Below are positions 26,440 to 35,951 of a stretch of 39,777 nt of DNA, piece by piece. The notes below the pieces were generated by a model. The model did not search any database. It worked only from the letters and a program-made list of their open reading frames with translations, and was not told where the DNA came from. Within the stretch, counting starts at the first letter, position 1. Each line of letters begins with the position of its first letter. Source of the DNA: a bacterium (lineage in GTDB: Bacteria; CG03); assembly GCA_043811795.1 (NCBI GenBank), contig JBDRMV010000059.1, forward strand, positions 1-39,777. The letters run 5' to 3'. The position numbers were made by a program, and so were the translations under genes.

Positions 26440-27700
26440 CGAATTAGAACAGTTAAGGGAAGAGAAAGAGCGTTTGAGGATGCTTCTTGATTTCGGCCAC
26501 AAGGTCTCGACCGAGATACTGAATCTTGACGATCTGCTGAAACTGATAATGGCCGAGGCGAGACAGATTCTCAACGCCGACCGCTGCTCTGTTTTTATAA
26601 TGGATTCCGACACGAAAACGCTATGGAGCAAAATCGCCGACGGGCTCGAGGACAAAGAAATCCGGCTCCCCGCGGGGAAGGGTATCATCGGCGCCGTCGC
26701 CGAGAGCGGAGAGATTCTTAACATAAAAGACGCTTATGGCGATGAGCGCTTTAACGCTGAGACGGATAGTAAGACCGGTTATAAAACAAGAACGGTTCTC
26801 GCTGCCCCTATGAAAAACAACAAAGGCGAGATAATCGGCGTTTTTCAGGTTCTTAACAAACAGGAATCCGTCTTTAACGAGGAAGATGAAAAAATTCTTT
26901 TACTCCTTGCGCGACAGGCGGGGGATGCCGTAGAGAACGCATTTCTCTACGAAGAGCAGAAAAAAATGTTCGAGAGTTTTATTGAAACGCTTTCGCATAC
27001 GCTTGATAAGAGAGATGCCCTTACCGCGGGCCACTCGCTCAGGGTGACGTATTTTTCGCTGAAACTGGGCGAGAAACTTGCTCTCAGGCGTGATGAGATT
27101 GATCTTCTGAAATATTCGTCATGGATGCACGACCTCGGCAAGATCGGCGTGAGGGAGCACATTCTGGCAAAGATGGGAGCCCTCACGGACGAAGAATTCG
27201 AAAAAATGAAAATGCACACGAATTTCACGAAAGAAATTCTTGAAAGAATTTACTTCAAAAAAGAGTTCAGAGGGATTCCTCTGATTGCTTCTTCGCACCA
27301 TGAGAATGTCGACGGTTCGGGTTATCCGGATAAACTGAGAGGAACAGCAGTTCCCTTTTTGGCGCGGATTATTGCCGTGTGCGACGTTTTCGACGCGATA
27401 ACTTCAAAGAGACATTACAGGGAGCCGATGCCGGTAATGGGCGTCCTCCGGATTATTAAAGAGGGCACCGGGAAAAAATTCGACGAATCGTGCGTCGCCG
27501 CCTTTTTCAAAATAAATCTCTACGAGGTGCTTGCGGGAATCAATCTTGAAAAGGTCGATAATTTCTTTATTATCCCCGATGAGAAAAAACTGCTTGAAGA
27601 ATATACCCTTGAGGATTTTTACAGGATTCTGAATGTGGATAATTTTACCGCTCCGCAGCATAAAATCGTCGAAACATTCGGGAAGTATTATGGAAGATAA
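26432..27700 (+). CDS. GAF-domain HD-GYP phosphohydrolase (probable c-di-GMP phosphodiesterase)
   Basis: GAF: DRCSVFIMD...GIIGAVAESGEILNIKDAY. HD-GYP: HSLRVTYFS...WMHDLGKIGV...HHENVDGSGYPDKL...VCDVFDAITSKRHYR. Confidence 0.88.
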   Translation: MDNELEQLREEKERLRMLLDFGHKVSTEILNLDDLLKLIMAEARQILNADRCSVFIMDSDTKTLWSKIADGLEDKEIRLPAGKGIIGAVAESGEILNIKDAYGDERFNAETDSKTGYKTRTVLAAPMKNNKGEIIGVFQVLNKQESVFNEEDEKILLLLARQAGDAVENAFLYEEQKKMFESFIETLSHTLDKRDALTAGHSLRVTYFSLKLGEKLALRRDEIDLLKYSSWMHDLGKIGVREHILAKMGALTDEEFEKMKMHTNFTKEILERIYFKKEFRGIPLIASSHHENVDGSGYPDKLRGTAVPFLARIIAVCDVFDAITSKRHYREPMPVMGVLRIIKEGTGKKFDESCVAAFFKINLYEVLAGINLEKVDNFFIIPDEKKLLEEYTLEDFYRILNVDNFTAPQHKIVETFGKYYGR

Positions 27701-30329
27701 AAACCTGCCGCCTGCAAAATATACGCCGGGTTTTGAAGAGGATATTTACCGCAGGTGGCGTGATAAAGGTTTTTTCCATTCGGAAATTTCAGGCAGAGAT
27801 CCTTTTACCATCGTTATTCCTCCGCCGAACATCACCGGTTCCCTGCACATGGGGCACGCCCTCAACAACGTTCTTCAGGACATTCTCATAAGATACAACA
27901 TCCTTTCGGGAAAAGGTGTCCGGTGGGTTCCCGGCACCGACCACGGCGGGATAGCGACGCAGAATGTCGTTGAAAAGGAACTGCGAAAAAGCGGGAAGGG
28001 AAAAAGAGACCTCGGCCGCGAAAAATTCCTCAGGTATATGAACGACTGGAAAGAAAAATACGGCGGCAGAATTTTGGAACAGTTAAAAATTCTGGGCTGC
28101 GCAGCCGACTGGAGCGTTTTACGTTTCACGATGGACGAGGTCTGTTCGCTTGCGGTGAAAGAAGCGTTTGTCCGTCTTTATGAGGAGGGCAAGATTTACA
28201 GGGGCTACCGGCTGATTAATTACTGCATCCGCTGTGAAACGTCCCTGTCGGATATTGAGGTCGAATACAGGGAGGAAAAGGGCAAACTCTGGTTCATAAA
28301 ATACCCGTTTGCGGACGAGCCGGGAAACGGGATAACGGTGGCGACGACAAGACCCGAGACGATGCTGGGCGACACAGCCATAGCCGTAAATCCCGGTGAC
28401 AGGCGTTATAAAAATTGCAGAGGAAAATTTCTGACGCTGCCGGTTGCAGGGAGGAGAATCCCCGTCGTTTACGACGAAAGGGTTGAAATGGATTTCGGCA
28501 CGGGAGCCGTCAAGGTAACGCCCGCCCATGATTTTGCCGATTTTGAAATAGGGCATACTCACGGTCTTGTATCCGTAAAAGTCATTGACGAGAAAGGTCT
28601 TATGACCCGTGAAGCAGGGGACGCTTTCTTCGGTCTGACGAGAAACGAGGCGAGAGAAAAGGTCTGCCGGTTACTGGAAGAGCAGGGGTTTCTGGTCAAA
28701 ACCGAAGAACTGGCTCATTCCGTTTCCGTGTGCTACCGGTGCGGCGAGCCGATTGAGCCGATGCTTTCTCTCCAGTGGTTTCTAAAAATGGAAGCCCTGG
28801 CGGTCCCGGCGATTGATGCCGCCCGAAGGTGTGAAATTAAGTTTTATCCCCGGAGGTGGCAGAAACCGTTTCTCAATTTTTTAGAGAATATTCACGACTG
28901 GTGTCTTTCAAGACAGATTTGGTGGGGACACAGATTGCCTGTCTACTACTGCCGAAGTGAAAAATGCAGCAAAATGAAAAAAGGGATAATTGTCAGCCGG
29001 GAAAAACCGGAGAAATGCCCTTTCTGCGGTTCAACCGGTATTGTTCAGGACGAGGATGTTCTTGACACGTGGTTTTCTTCGGCTCTGTGGCCGTTTGAGG
29101 TTTTCGGCTGGCCGGAAGAAACAGCCGAATTGAAGTATTATTACCCGACTTCCGTTCTGGTTACGGGACACGAGATCCTTTATCTGTGGGTCGCGAGAAT
29201 GGTGATGATGGGTCTCAAATTCGCCGGTAAAATTCCCTTCAAAGACGTTTACATTCACGGCATTGTCAGAGATAAGCGCGGGAAAAAGATGAGTAAGTCG
29301 CTCGGGAACACCATTGACCCCCTTGACGTAACCGGCCGCTACGGCGTGGACAGTTTGAGATATACCGTAACAAAACAGGCGGTTGCCGGACACGACCTTT
29401 TTATTTCCGACGAGAATTTTGTTTCCTCCAGAAATTTTATGAACAAGATATGGAATGCCGCAAACGTTGTGCTGAAGTACGGGCTCGACCGTTCTGTTGA
29501 TTTTAATGCCCTTCAGGGTATGAAATTTCCCGCAGACAGATGGATTCTTTCCGAATTTTCGGCTCTGCTTGCGGAAATTGACGCGGCATTTCTGAGTTAC
29601 GACCTTTCAAAATACGCCCGTCTGATTTATGAATTTTTCTGGAGTAAATTCTGTGACTGGTGGCTTGAGATATTGAAACGGCGGGGGGATGATTCGAGCA
29701 GCGCTCTTGCGTATTATCTGTTCAGGAATGTGCTGGTTGTGATGCATCCCGTTATACCGTTTATAACCGAAAAAATTTACGGACGAGTCAGGTCGCGGAC
29801 GGATCCCGAAAGCATCCTGAATTGCGCCTGGCCGCAACTGCGTTTTGAAGATAAAAACTCGTGCGCGGCGATGTCGGAAATCTTTACGCTCATTCAGGGG
29901 ATAAGGAATATCCGCTCAAGAATGGATGTCCCGCCGTCGAGGCGGGTCCGCGCATGCATTGATACGGATGAGAATTTAAGAAATGTAATTTCTCAGGCGG
30001 AGTTTTTAATACTTCCTCTCGCAGGGGTCAAAGATATTGTTTTTGAATCAAAACGAATCCCGCAGTCGTCAAGTTTTGCTTCTTCCGCGTGGAAGTGTTC
30101 CGTTCCCCTTTCCGGGATTGTCGACATTGCCGCCGAGGCAAAAAAAATAAACGGCGAAATAACGGAAATAAATGTTCAGATTTCAAAACTTGAAAAACTT
30201 CTTGCGAATAAAAAGTTTATTAAAAATGCCGCCCCCGGTGTAGCCCTGCAGAAAAAAGAGTTACTGGAAACATTTACAGCCAAGAAAGAAAATCTTTTTA
30301 TGTTTCTTAAATCGCTTGAGCAGGGATGA
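27690..30329 (+). CDS. valS: valine--tRNA ligase
   Basis: PPPNITGSLHMGHAL, editing-domain TTRPETMLGDTAIAVNP, KMSKSLGN, and a C-terminal coiled coil. ATG 27690 (MEDKNLPPAKY..) is preferred over the ORF-track start at 27633. Confidence 0.93.
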   Translation: MEDKNLPPAKYTPGFEEDIYRRWRDKGFFHSEISGRDPFTIVIPPPNITGSLHMGHALNNVLQDILIRYNILSGKGVRWVPGTDHGGIATQNVVEKELRKSGKGKRDLGREKFLRYMNDWKEKYGGRILEQLKILGCAADWSVLRFTMDEVCSLAVKEAFVRLYEEGKIYRGYRLINYCIRCETSLSDIEVEYREEKGKLWFIKYPFADEPGNGITVATTRPETMLGDTAIAVNPGDRRYKNCRGKFLTLPVAGRRIPVVYDERVEMDFGTGAVKVTPAHDFADFEIGHTHGLVSVKVIDEKGLMTREAGDAFFGLTRNEAREKVCRLLEEQGFLVKTEELAHSVSVCYRCGEPIEPMLSLQWFLKMEALAVPAIDAARRCEIKFYPRRWQKPFLNFLENIHDWCLSRQIWWGHRLPVYYCRSEKCSKMKKGIIVSREKPEKCPFCGSTGIVQDEDVLDTWFSSALWPFEVFGWPEETAELKYYYPTSVLVTGHEILYLWVARMVMMGLKFAGKIPFKDVYIHGIVRDKRGKKMSKSLGNTIDPLDVTGRYGVDSLRYTVTKQAVAGHDLFISDENFVSSRNFMNKIWNAANVVLKYGLDRSVDFNALQGMKFPADRWILSEFSALLAEIDAAFLSYDLSKYARLIYEFFWSKFCDWWLEILKRRGDDSSSALAYYLFRNVLVVMHPVIPFITEKIYGRVRSRTDPESILNCAWPQLRFEDKNSCAAMSEIFTLIQGIRNIRSRMDVPPSRRVRACIDTDENLRNVISQAEFLILPLAGVKDIVFESKRIPQSSSFASSAWKCSVPLSGIVDIAAEAKKINGEITEINVQISKLEKLLANKKFIKNAAPGVALQKKELLETFTAKKENLFMFLKSLEQG

Positions 30330-31744
30330 CGCCGGCGAAATTTTTTTTAGCGGCTGTTTTGCTCCTTGCCTCAGCGGCCTTTGCCGTAACGGAAAAATGG
30401 AACAAAGGAAACTTTGAAATAATTTTCCAGTATCCGCCTCCGGCAAATGATTTTGAATCGTACAGGAGCGAAATTCTCAAAGGAAAACTGGTTTCTTTTT
30501 CAAATGTTCTTGAGGATATTTTAAGCCGAAAAAGTATTCCCCGCCTGCATATTATTGCAGGCCCGCCGGATAAATTCTTTTTTGACGAAAACAGAATGGA
30601 AATACACCTGCCGGTCAGTGACGATTTTAACATAGAAAACGGCATTTCGCTGATAACCCGTATTTTCAGGATTTCAGAGGACTCCTCGCTTTTAAAGGAT
30701 TATTTCGGAACGCCCTGCAGGTTCAGGGACGGTTTTCTTTTCGGCTTCCAGCGGGCAGGGAAGTTCTATCTTTCTTTTGAGGACGGGGAAAAATTAAATC
30801 TGCTGCTGGAAGAGAATGAACCTTTTGATTCCGTCAAGGCGGTATCCGATTCCGTTATTATGTACCGCTCCGGCAATTCGCTGTGGGTTATAGACGTTAA
30901 CAGGAAAAAAAACTTCTGCTATTTTTCCGCACCCGTAGGTTTCGGCGGCGCAACGTCAGGCGGTGTTCCCTTTATGAGTTCCTTCGACTGCGACGGGGAG
31001 AATGTTGCCGTTTGCGTCTGTTCCGGCGAGAAATCGCACATTATCCTCGGAAAAATCGGGCAGAGACCCGACATTTTTTTTCAGGACCTGCCGTACAAAA
31101 TCGAAAAAATTTTTATAAACGGCGAGACAATCGCATTTTTCGCCACGCTCGATTCCGGGAAGAAAGTCGTGGGTATCGGGTCGCAGCGCCTTAAGAAAAT
31201 TTCAAGAATTTATTCGTTCGGGAAGAATGTTCTGCCGCTTCTGAAATACAAGAAAGGCCTGCTTATTTTTTCGCCCGGCGCCAAAAAACTGGAATACATT
31301 GATGCTGACAGGTCTGTGCTTGTAACTTCTAAAATCAGGGTTAAAACCATACCTGCCGTCACGGGCGTAAAATATCTGGCGGCGCTCAGAAACGATTTTC
31401 TGCCCGAGGGTATTAAGAAAGACCTTTTAAGTAAATCATCGGAAAGAGTTCTTTTCCTGAAGGACGTCAATCACCTGAATTTTATTTTAAAAGATATCCG
31501 CAAAAAGGTTTTCTACTCGTTTCACCCGGTTTCGTCGGAGGAGTATTTTCTGCTTGAGGCAAAAAATTATCTCAGAAGTTTTTCCCGATGCGTCGTATCG
31601 GGTTTGCTGACGAAGGAGCAGCTTTTATTCAATAAACAAAACAGGAGGAGAAAAATTTCTCTCGGAATTTCGGGTTTTTTCATTGTTTTATTAACCGTTT
31701 TACAAGGAGCGAAAAATGTCAAGAAGAAAAAGGAAACCGTTTGA
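30326..31744 (+). CDS. hypothetical exported protein with a C-terminal TM anchor
   Basis: Signal peptide (FFLAAVLLLASAAFA), a beta-rich middle, and a C-terminal TM (ISLGISGFFIVLLTVL) plus KKKK. ATGA overlap with valS and a 29-nt overlap with rph. No family recognised. Confidence 0.55.
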   Translation: MTPAKFFLAAVLLLASAAFAVTEKWNKGNFEIIFQYPPPANDFESYRSEILKGKLVSFSNVLEDILSRKSIPRLHIIAGPPDKFFFDENRMEIHLPVSDDFNIENGISLITRIFRISEDSSLLKDYFGTPCRFRDGFLFGFQRAGKFYLSFEDGEKLNLLLEENEPFDSVKAVSDSVIMYRSGNSLWVIDVNRKKNFCYFSAPVGFGGATSGGVPFMSSFDCDGENVAVCVCSGEKSHIILGKIGQRPDIFFQDLPYKIEKIFINGETIAFFATLDSGKKVVGIGSQRLKKISRIYSFGKNVLPLLKYKKGLLIFSPGAKKLEYIDADRSVLVTSKIRVKTIPAVTGVKYLAALRNDFLPEGIKKDLLSKSSERVLFLKDVNHLNFILKDIRKKVFYSFHPVSSEEYFLLEAKNYLRSFSRCVVSGLLTKEQLLFNKQNRRRKISLGISGFFIVLLTVLQGAKNVKKKKETV

Positions 31745-32435
31745 ACTGAGGCCCGTTGAAATTATACCTGATTTTCAGGGAGTTCCCTCGGGCGTAACAC
31801 TTGTTTCTTTCGGAAACACGAAGGTCATAACAAGCGTGGGCATGGACGATTTTGTTCCCCCTCATCTTAAAGGGACCGGAACGGGCTGGCTCAATGTGGA
31901 GTACTCCATTCTCCCGTACGCGACGGTTCCGAGAAACCGGCGGGAGAGAGCGAAAATTTCAGGAAGGACGCAGGAAATTCAGCGCCTGATAGGAAGGTGT
32001 CTGAGGTGCGCGGTTGATCTTTCTTCGATAGGGGAAAAGACGGTTAAGGTTGACTGCGATGTTCTTCAGGCGGACGGGGGCACGAGAACAGCGGCGGTTA
32101 CCGGAGCTTTTGCGGCGCTTTATCTTTTTTTCAAGCGCATCGGGAGAGAGAGGAAGATTTTTAATTTTCCGGTCAGGGAGCACATCGCTGCGGTGAGCTG
32201 CGGGATTGTTGAGGGCGAAGTCCTGCTGGACCTTGATTACGAGGAGGATTACCTTGCATCAGCCGATATGAACGTTGCGGGGACGGGCGAAAGTTTTGCG
32301 GAAATTCAGGTAAGCGGCGAGGAAAAATTTTTCGACAGAGAGAAATTTCTGAAAATGCTTGATGCCGCATCCCTCGGAATAAAACAACTGATAGAAATTC
32401 AAAAAAAAGCAATTGCGGGCGCTCTGAAGGGTTAA
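31716..32435 (+). CDS. rph: ribonuclease PH
   Basis: ELRPVEI...GVTLVSFGNTKVITSV, SGRTQEIQRLIGR, DCDVLQADGGTRTAAVTGA; 239 aa. Confidence 0.9.
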   Translation: MSRRKRKPFELRPVEIIPDFQGVPSGVTLVSFGNTKVITSVGMDDFVPPHLKGTGTGWLNVEYSILPYATVPRNRRERAKISGRTQEIQRLIGRCLRCAVDLSSIGEKTVKVDCDVLQADGGTRTAAVTGAFAALYLFFKRIGRERKIFNFPVREHIAAVSCGIVEGEVLLDLDYEEDYLASADMNVAGTGESFAEIQVSGEEKFFDREKFLKMLDAASLGIKQLIEIQKKAIAGALKG

Positions 32436-32464
32436 AATATAGAAAAGGCCTGCGCTTTTTTGCG

Positions 32465-33220
32465 CTATACTTTTACTTTCAGAGGGAGTTCGGGGTGACC
32501 GCCGCCGAGTTTTTGCGAGATTTTTTTTATCTTCCTGAAAGATAACAGCGGGTTTTTTACGATTTTCTCTTCGGGTATCCTTAAAATTTTCCAGCCGAGA
32601 TTCCGTAATTCCCTGTCTCGCCGTCGGTCTTTTAACCGCTGCTGTTTTCGGGAGTGCCAGCGGAAACCGTCGCACTCGACGTTCAGCCAGCCCTTCCTGC
32701 AGGGCAGGGCGAAGTCCATCCTGTAGATTTTCCTGTTTTTACGCCTGACCCTGAACTGCGGATAATAAGGGATTTTATTTTTCTTCAGGATGTCCGCCAG
32801 GATGTCTTCTATCGGGGGGATGTCAAAGAGCCGCCTGACGTCGGGGGAGCGGCGCAGTTTATGAAGAGACGTGAAACCGAAAGAAATTCTAACGCCTTTC
32901 CTGTTGGACGGCGCCCGGCGGAGTTTGAGTACCCTGCTCAAAACGAACTGCAGGTAGAGTTGTTCCGCCCGGATATGTTTTTTTTCTTCGGGCAGGAGTT
33001 CTTTTCTTTTTTTCAGCCGCCAGAACTTTACCCGTCCGTACAGTTCAATTTTCCTGCCGCTCTTCCCGAAATTTATCGGCTGGTAAAAGGCGAGGTATTT
33101 CGGCTTTCTCAGCGGCGCGTGTTTGAGAGGCACCCTGTACCATTTTTTGTTCAAAAGAAGTTCCCTGTCGCGTTTGGTTTTCAGGACGCAGACCAGAACC
33201 TCGGGCCGTTCCTTTTTCAT
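32465..33220 (-). CDS. DUF559/Vsr-like endonuclease domain fused to an uncharacterised ~140-aa N-terminal domain
   Basis: C-terminus YRMDFALPCRKGWLNVECDGFRWHS....DRRRDRELRNLGWKILRI fits the DUF559 (PD-(D/E)xK, Vsr-like) pattern. The N-terminus is KKWYRVPLKHAP..PKYLAFYQP..FG. Confidence 0.75.
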   Translation of the reverse strand: MKKERPEVLVCVLKTKRDRELLLNKKWYRVPLKHAPLRKPKYLAFYQPINFGKSGRKIELYGRVKFWRLKKRKELLPEEKKHIRAEQLYLQFVLSRVLKLRRAPSNRKGVRISFGFTSLHKLRRSPDVRRLFDIPPIEDILADILKKNKIPYYPQFRVRRKNRKIYRMDFALPCRKGWLNVECDGFRWHSRKQQRLKDRRRDRELRNLGWKILRIPEEKIVKNPLLSFRKIKKISQKLGGGHPELPLKVKV

Positions 33221-33306
33221 TCCGTTGGAGATGGCGCCCTCAAAAGTTTTGACTGTCGCTCAAATGCTTCCCGTGCATTTTTCGTCAGCATCATAAAAAT
33301 TTATAA

Positions 33307-34491
33307 TTATTCGGGCAGTTTTGCGTTGGTTTCTTCAAGGAGTTTTTTTATTTCGTCCCTGACCGCCTTTTTTATTTCGTCCCTTTCGAGAAGCCGCTCC
33401 AAAGTTTTTTGAAGTTGTTTCAGAACGCTTTTTTTCGTTTCATTGCGTATGCCCAGAATTATTTCAATTGTTTTTTCCGTCGCAAGTTCCCCCAGCGCCC
33501 AGACGGCGCTCGCTCTCATCCATTTGTTATAACTCAAAAGCATGTTTTTCAGCGTTGCGGTTGCAAGTTTTTCATTGTGGTAATAAAGGGCTTTCGAGGC
33601 GTTTGCGCGAACCCTGTTGTTTGAATCATCCAGGTACGGGATGAGAAGGCTTGTCGCCGCAGTCGGGTCTTTTTCCTCTTGCAGCTCTTTTTCAATCAGT
33701 TCGATTCTTCTCGCTTTCTCCCTTACTATGGGGTCGATGTCCGTTATGACTTCGTGCGTTGATCTTCTGAAAAGCGGCGGCAGAGACGCCTTTAAAGAGC
33801 TGGTATTACTTAGTTCTTCGAGGATGTGCTTCTGATGTGCAAGAAGAGAATCTTCCCTCTTCGCTGCGAGGCGCTGCATGGATTTGTGCATAAAAAGAGC
33901 CGTTAGGAAACCGAGCAGAATGATGATAACGACGGCGCCGAAGACAATCCTGTTTAGTTTTTTCCTGTCTTCATCCTGTTGTCTGCTGAGAAGATTTATC
34001 AGTTCTCTTTTTTCTTTTTCGCTTTCTTTCAGGATTTTTCCTATCATTTCCATTCCGATGCTGTAATTTGCGGAAAACTTTTCCTTCTGGTCCTTAAATT
34101 CCGTAATAAGGCCTTTTACGTTTATTGCATCACCGTTTTTCAGGGCAGAGGTTTCTTTCATTGACATTCTGTCGCAGAGGGTAAGCATATTTTTTATCTG
34201 CTTGTTTTCCGGTTGTAATTTTTCCGCTTTGGCGAGGAACCCGCGCGCTATGCCGTATTTCCCCGCAAGAAAGTTTTCGGAGCCGTATTCCGTCAGAATC
34301 TTGGCGTAAAAGTCAGTTATTTCTTTGTTGTCGGGGGCAAGTTTTACTGCCTGCTCCAGCAGTTCTATGGTTTTTTCCTCATCTCCCCTTATGTAGGAGG
34401 CGCAGGCGGATTTAAAAAAATCAGCCGCTTCCTGCGCGTAGGAATTCTGGAACAGCAATAGAACAAAACAAAAAATAAAAAATTTCTTCAT
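33307..34491 (-). CDS. bitopic protein: signal peptide + TPR-like region, single TM helix, HEAT-like repeats
   Basis: MKKFFIFCFVLLLFQNSYA. TPR-like: CASYIRGDEEKTIELLEQAVKLAPDN, FLAGKYGIARGFLAKAEKLQPEN. TM: IVFGAVVIIILLGFLTALF. HEAT-like: LDDSNNRVRANASKALY, NKWMRASAVWALGELA. ATGA overlap with the upstream gene. Confidence 0.62.
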   Translation of the reverse strand: MKKFFIFCFVLLLFQNSYAQEAADFFKSACASYIRGDEEKTIELLEQAVKLAPDNKEITDFYAKILTEYGSENFLAGKYGIARGFLAKAEKLQPENKQIKNMLTLCDRMSMKETSALKNGDAINVKGLITEFKDQKEKFSANYSIGMEMIGKILKESEKEKRELINLLSRQQDEDRKKLNRIVFGAVVIIILLGFLTALFMHKSMQRLAAKREDSLLAHQKHILEELSNTSSLKASLPPLFRRSTHEVITDIDPIVREKARRIELIEKELQEEKDPTAATSLLIPYLDDSNNRVRANASKALYYHNEKLATATLKNMLLSYNKWMRASAVWALGELATEKTIEIILGIRNETKKSVLKQLQKTLERLLERDEIKKAVRDEIKKLLEETNAKLPE

Positions 34492-35951
34492 TTTTCTCCC
34501 CCCCCTGTTTCTTTGTAATTAATAAACGCTTTTAATCTGCGAAGAAGCCGGCTTATTTTAACATTTCCGGGCTCAATTTTCATTACATCTTCAAGAAACC
34601 CCTCGGCGCTTGCGTATTCACCGTCATTGATTGCCCTGTAAGCGTAACATTGGTTCTGGATGCTTAAGGCGGGTTTGTTTACAGGGTCTATTTCGAGAAT
34701 CCTGCCGACGTCTTCGAGACAATCCTCGAATTTGGATTTCCCAATGTTCTTTCTCGCGGAAGCGAGAATCTCCCTGACTTTTTCCTCCTGTATTTTCTCA
34801 TTGATTTTAATCTCAACTTCAAAAAGCATTTCGCGCTCTTTGCTGTCGGCGGGATTTAGCGCCGCTGCTTTTTTGAATTCGCTTCTTGCAAGCTGGTATT
34901 GACCGTTTAAGAAATATTCTATTGCCGAGTTCACCAGGTTGTCGTACAAACGTTTCGTGTCCTGTAAACTGCTCAGTTCTTCGTCAACTTTTTTTCTGCT
35001 TTCATAATAAAGTTTTGCCTCTTCGCCTCCCGCCGTATCAAAATAAAAGTTTACGCTTAAAAGGTGCTCCGTATCAAGCGTGTGCATAATCAGAGCGTAG
35101 TCAAAAGAGAAAGGGTCCGTTCTGACGCCGAAGCCCGCCGTTATCTCCCTGTAATTTACGCCCGCTCTCAGGTCGAGAAAAGGGGATACATTGAAGGAAA
35201 AGCCCGTCTTCCAGAGATAATTTTTGCAGTGTTCCTCAATAATTATGTCTGCGGCGGGAACAAGACGTCCAGAGAAAAAACCGGCGCTCAGACCGAAAAT
35301 CAGATTGCGCGGATACTTTTCGGAAGAGTCCTTTAATTTGAATTCAGCAGGAACAACGTTTTGAACGACGGCGGAAAAATCAGCGCGCCTGAGATGCGCG
35401 ATCAAACCCATATCCGCTCCTGCAGAACTTGACTTGTAGCCGGCCATGCTGCGGGTTAAAAATTTTGCGTTTAATCCGATGTCGAGGATGTTTCCTGCGG
35501 GATAGGCAAATGAAAAAATAATTGCCTGTTTTCTTTCCTGAAAACTCCCCGCGCTTTCCCTCAAAAGCGTCGTTTTTTCGGCTAAGCCCGATTCGTAACC
35601 CGCAACGCTTATTGCCGCAAACGATTCGCGCGGGAGAGAAAACGCGGGCCCGAATTTGTGGGCCGCCCCAGCGAAAAAATAGTTTCCCCCGTCGAAAAGC
35701 GGCCGGTAAAAGGTGCAGAGTTCGTCTTTTTTCAAACGGCAGACCGCTGCGGGATTTAAGTAAATTCCAGCCCCACGAGCGCTTCGAGCCGAGCCGGCCG
35801 AACCCATCGCGGCGTATGAGGCGTCGCCGGACAATTTGGAAAGCCACCATCCCGGAGCGCCTCCTGTTTCGCCCGCAGGCGAATATGAAAAAAGTTCCGC
35901 GGAAAATAATAAAACCGAAAAACAAAATAATAAAATTTTTTTCGCTGTCAT
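34488..35951 (-). CDS. second PorV-like outer-membrane barrel fused to a longer C-terminal TPR domain
   Basis: Signal peptide. A diverged copy of the N-terminal motif (GDASYAAMGSAGSARSARGAGIYLNPAAV). The beta-rich body ends in FSFDYALIMHTLDTEHLLSVNFYF; compare [23 protein letters not shown] in the 7379-8557 protein. About 180 aa of TPR-like helices follow (AIEYFLNGQYQLARSEFKKAAALNP...). ATGA overlaps on both sides. Confidence 0.62.
   Translation of the reverse strand: MTAKKILLFCFSVLLFSAELFSYSPAGETGGAPGWWLSKLSGDASYAAMGSAGSARSARGAGIYLNPAAVCRLKKDELCTFYRPLFDGGNYFFAGAAHKFGPAFSLPRESFAAISVAGYESGLAEKTTLLRESAGSFQERKQAIIFSFAYPAGNILDIGLNAKFLTRSMAGYKSSSAGADMGLIAHLRRADFSAVVQNVVPAEFKLKDSSEKYPRNLIFGLSAGFFSGRLVPAADIIIEEHCKNYLWKTGFSFNVSPFLDLRAGVNYREITAGFGVRTDPFSFDYALIMHTLDTEHLLSVNFYFDTAGGEEAKLYYESRKKVDEELSSLQDTKRLYDNLVNSAIEYFLNGQYQLARSEFKKAAALNPADSKEREMLFEVEIKINEKIQEEKVREILASARKNIGKSKFEDCLEDVGRILEIDPVNKPALSIQNQCYAYRAINDGEYASAEGFLEDVMKIEPGNVKISRLLRRLKAFINYKETGGGEK

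Noticed and set aside
32436-32464. GCGC-tttttt-GCGC between rph and the convergent DUF559 gene as a terminator
   Set aside because: A 4-bp stem is not a credible intrinsic terminator.
32654-33412. 252-aa plus-strand ORF opposite the DUF559 gene
   Set aside because: The product is Pro/Phe-rich and motif-free. The minus-strand frame has the DUF559 pattern, and the ORF also crosses into the next minus-strand gene.
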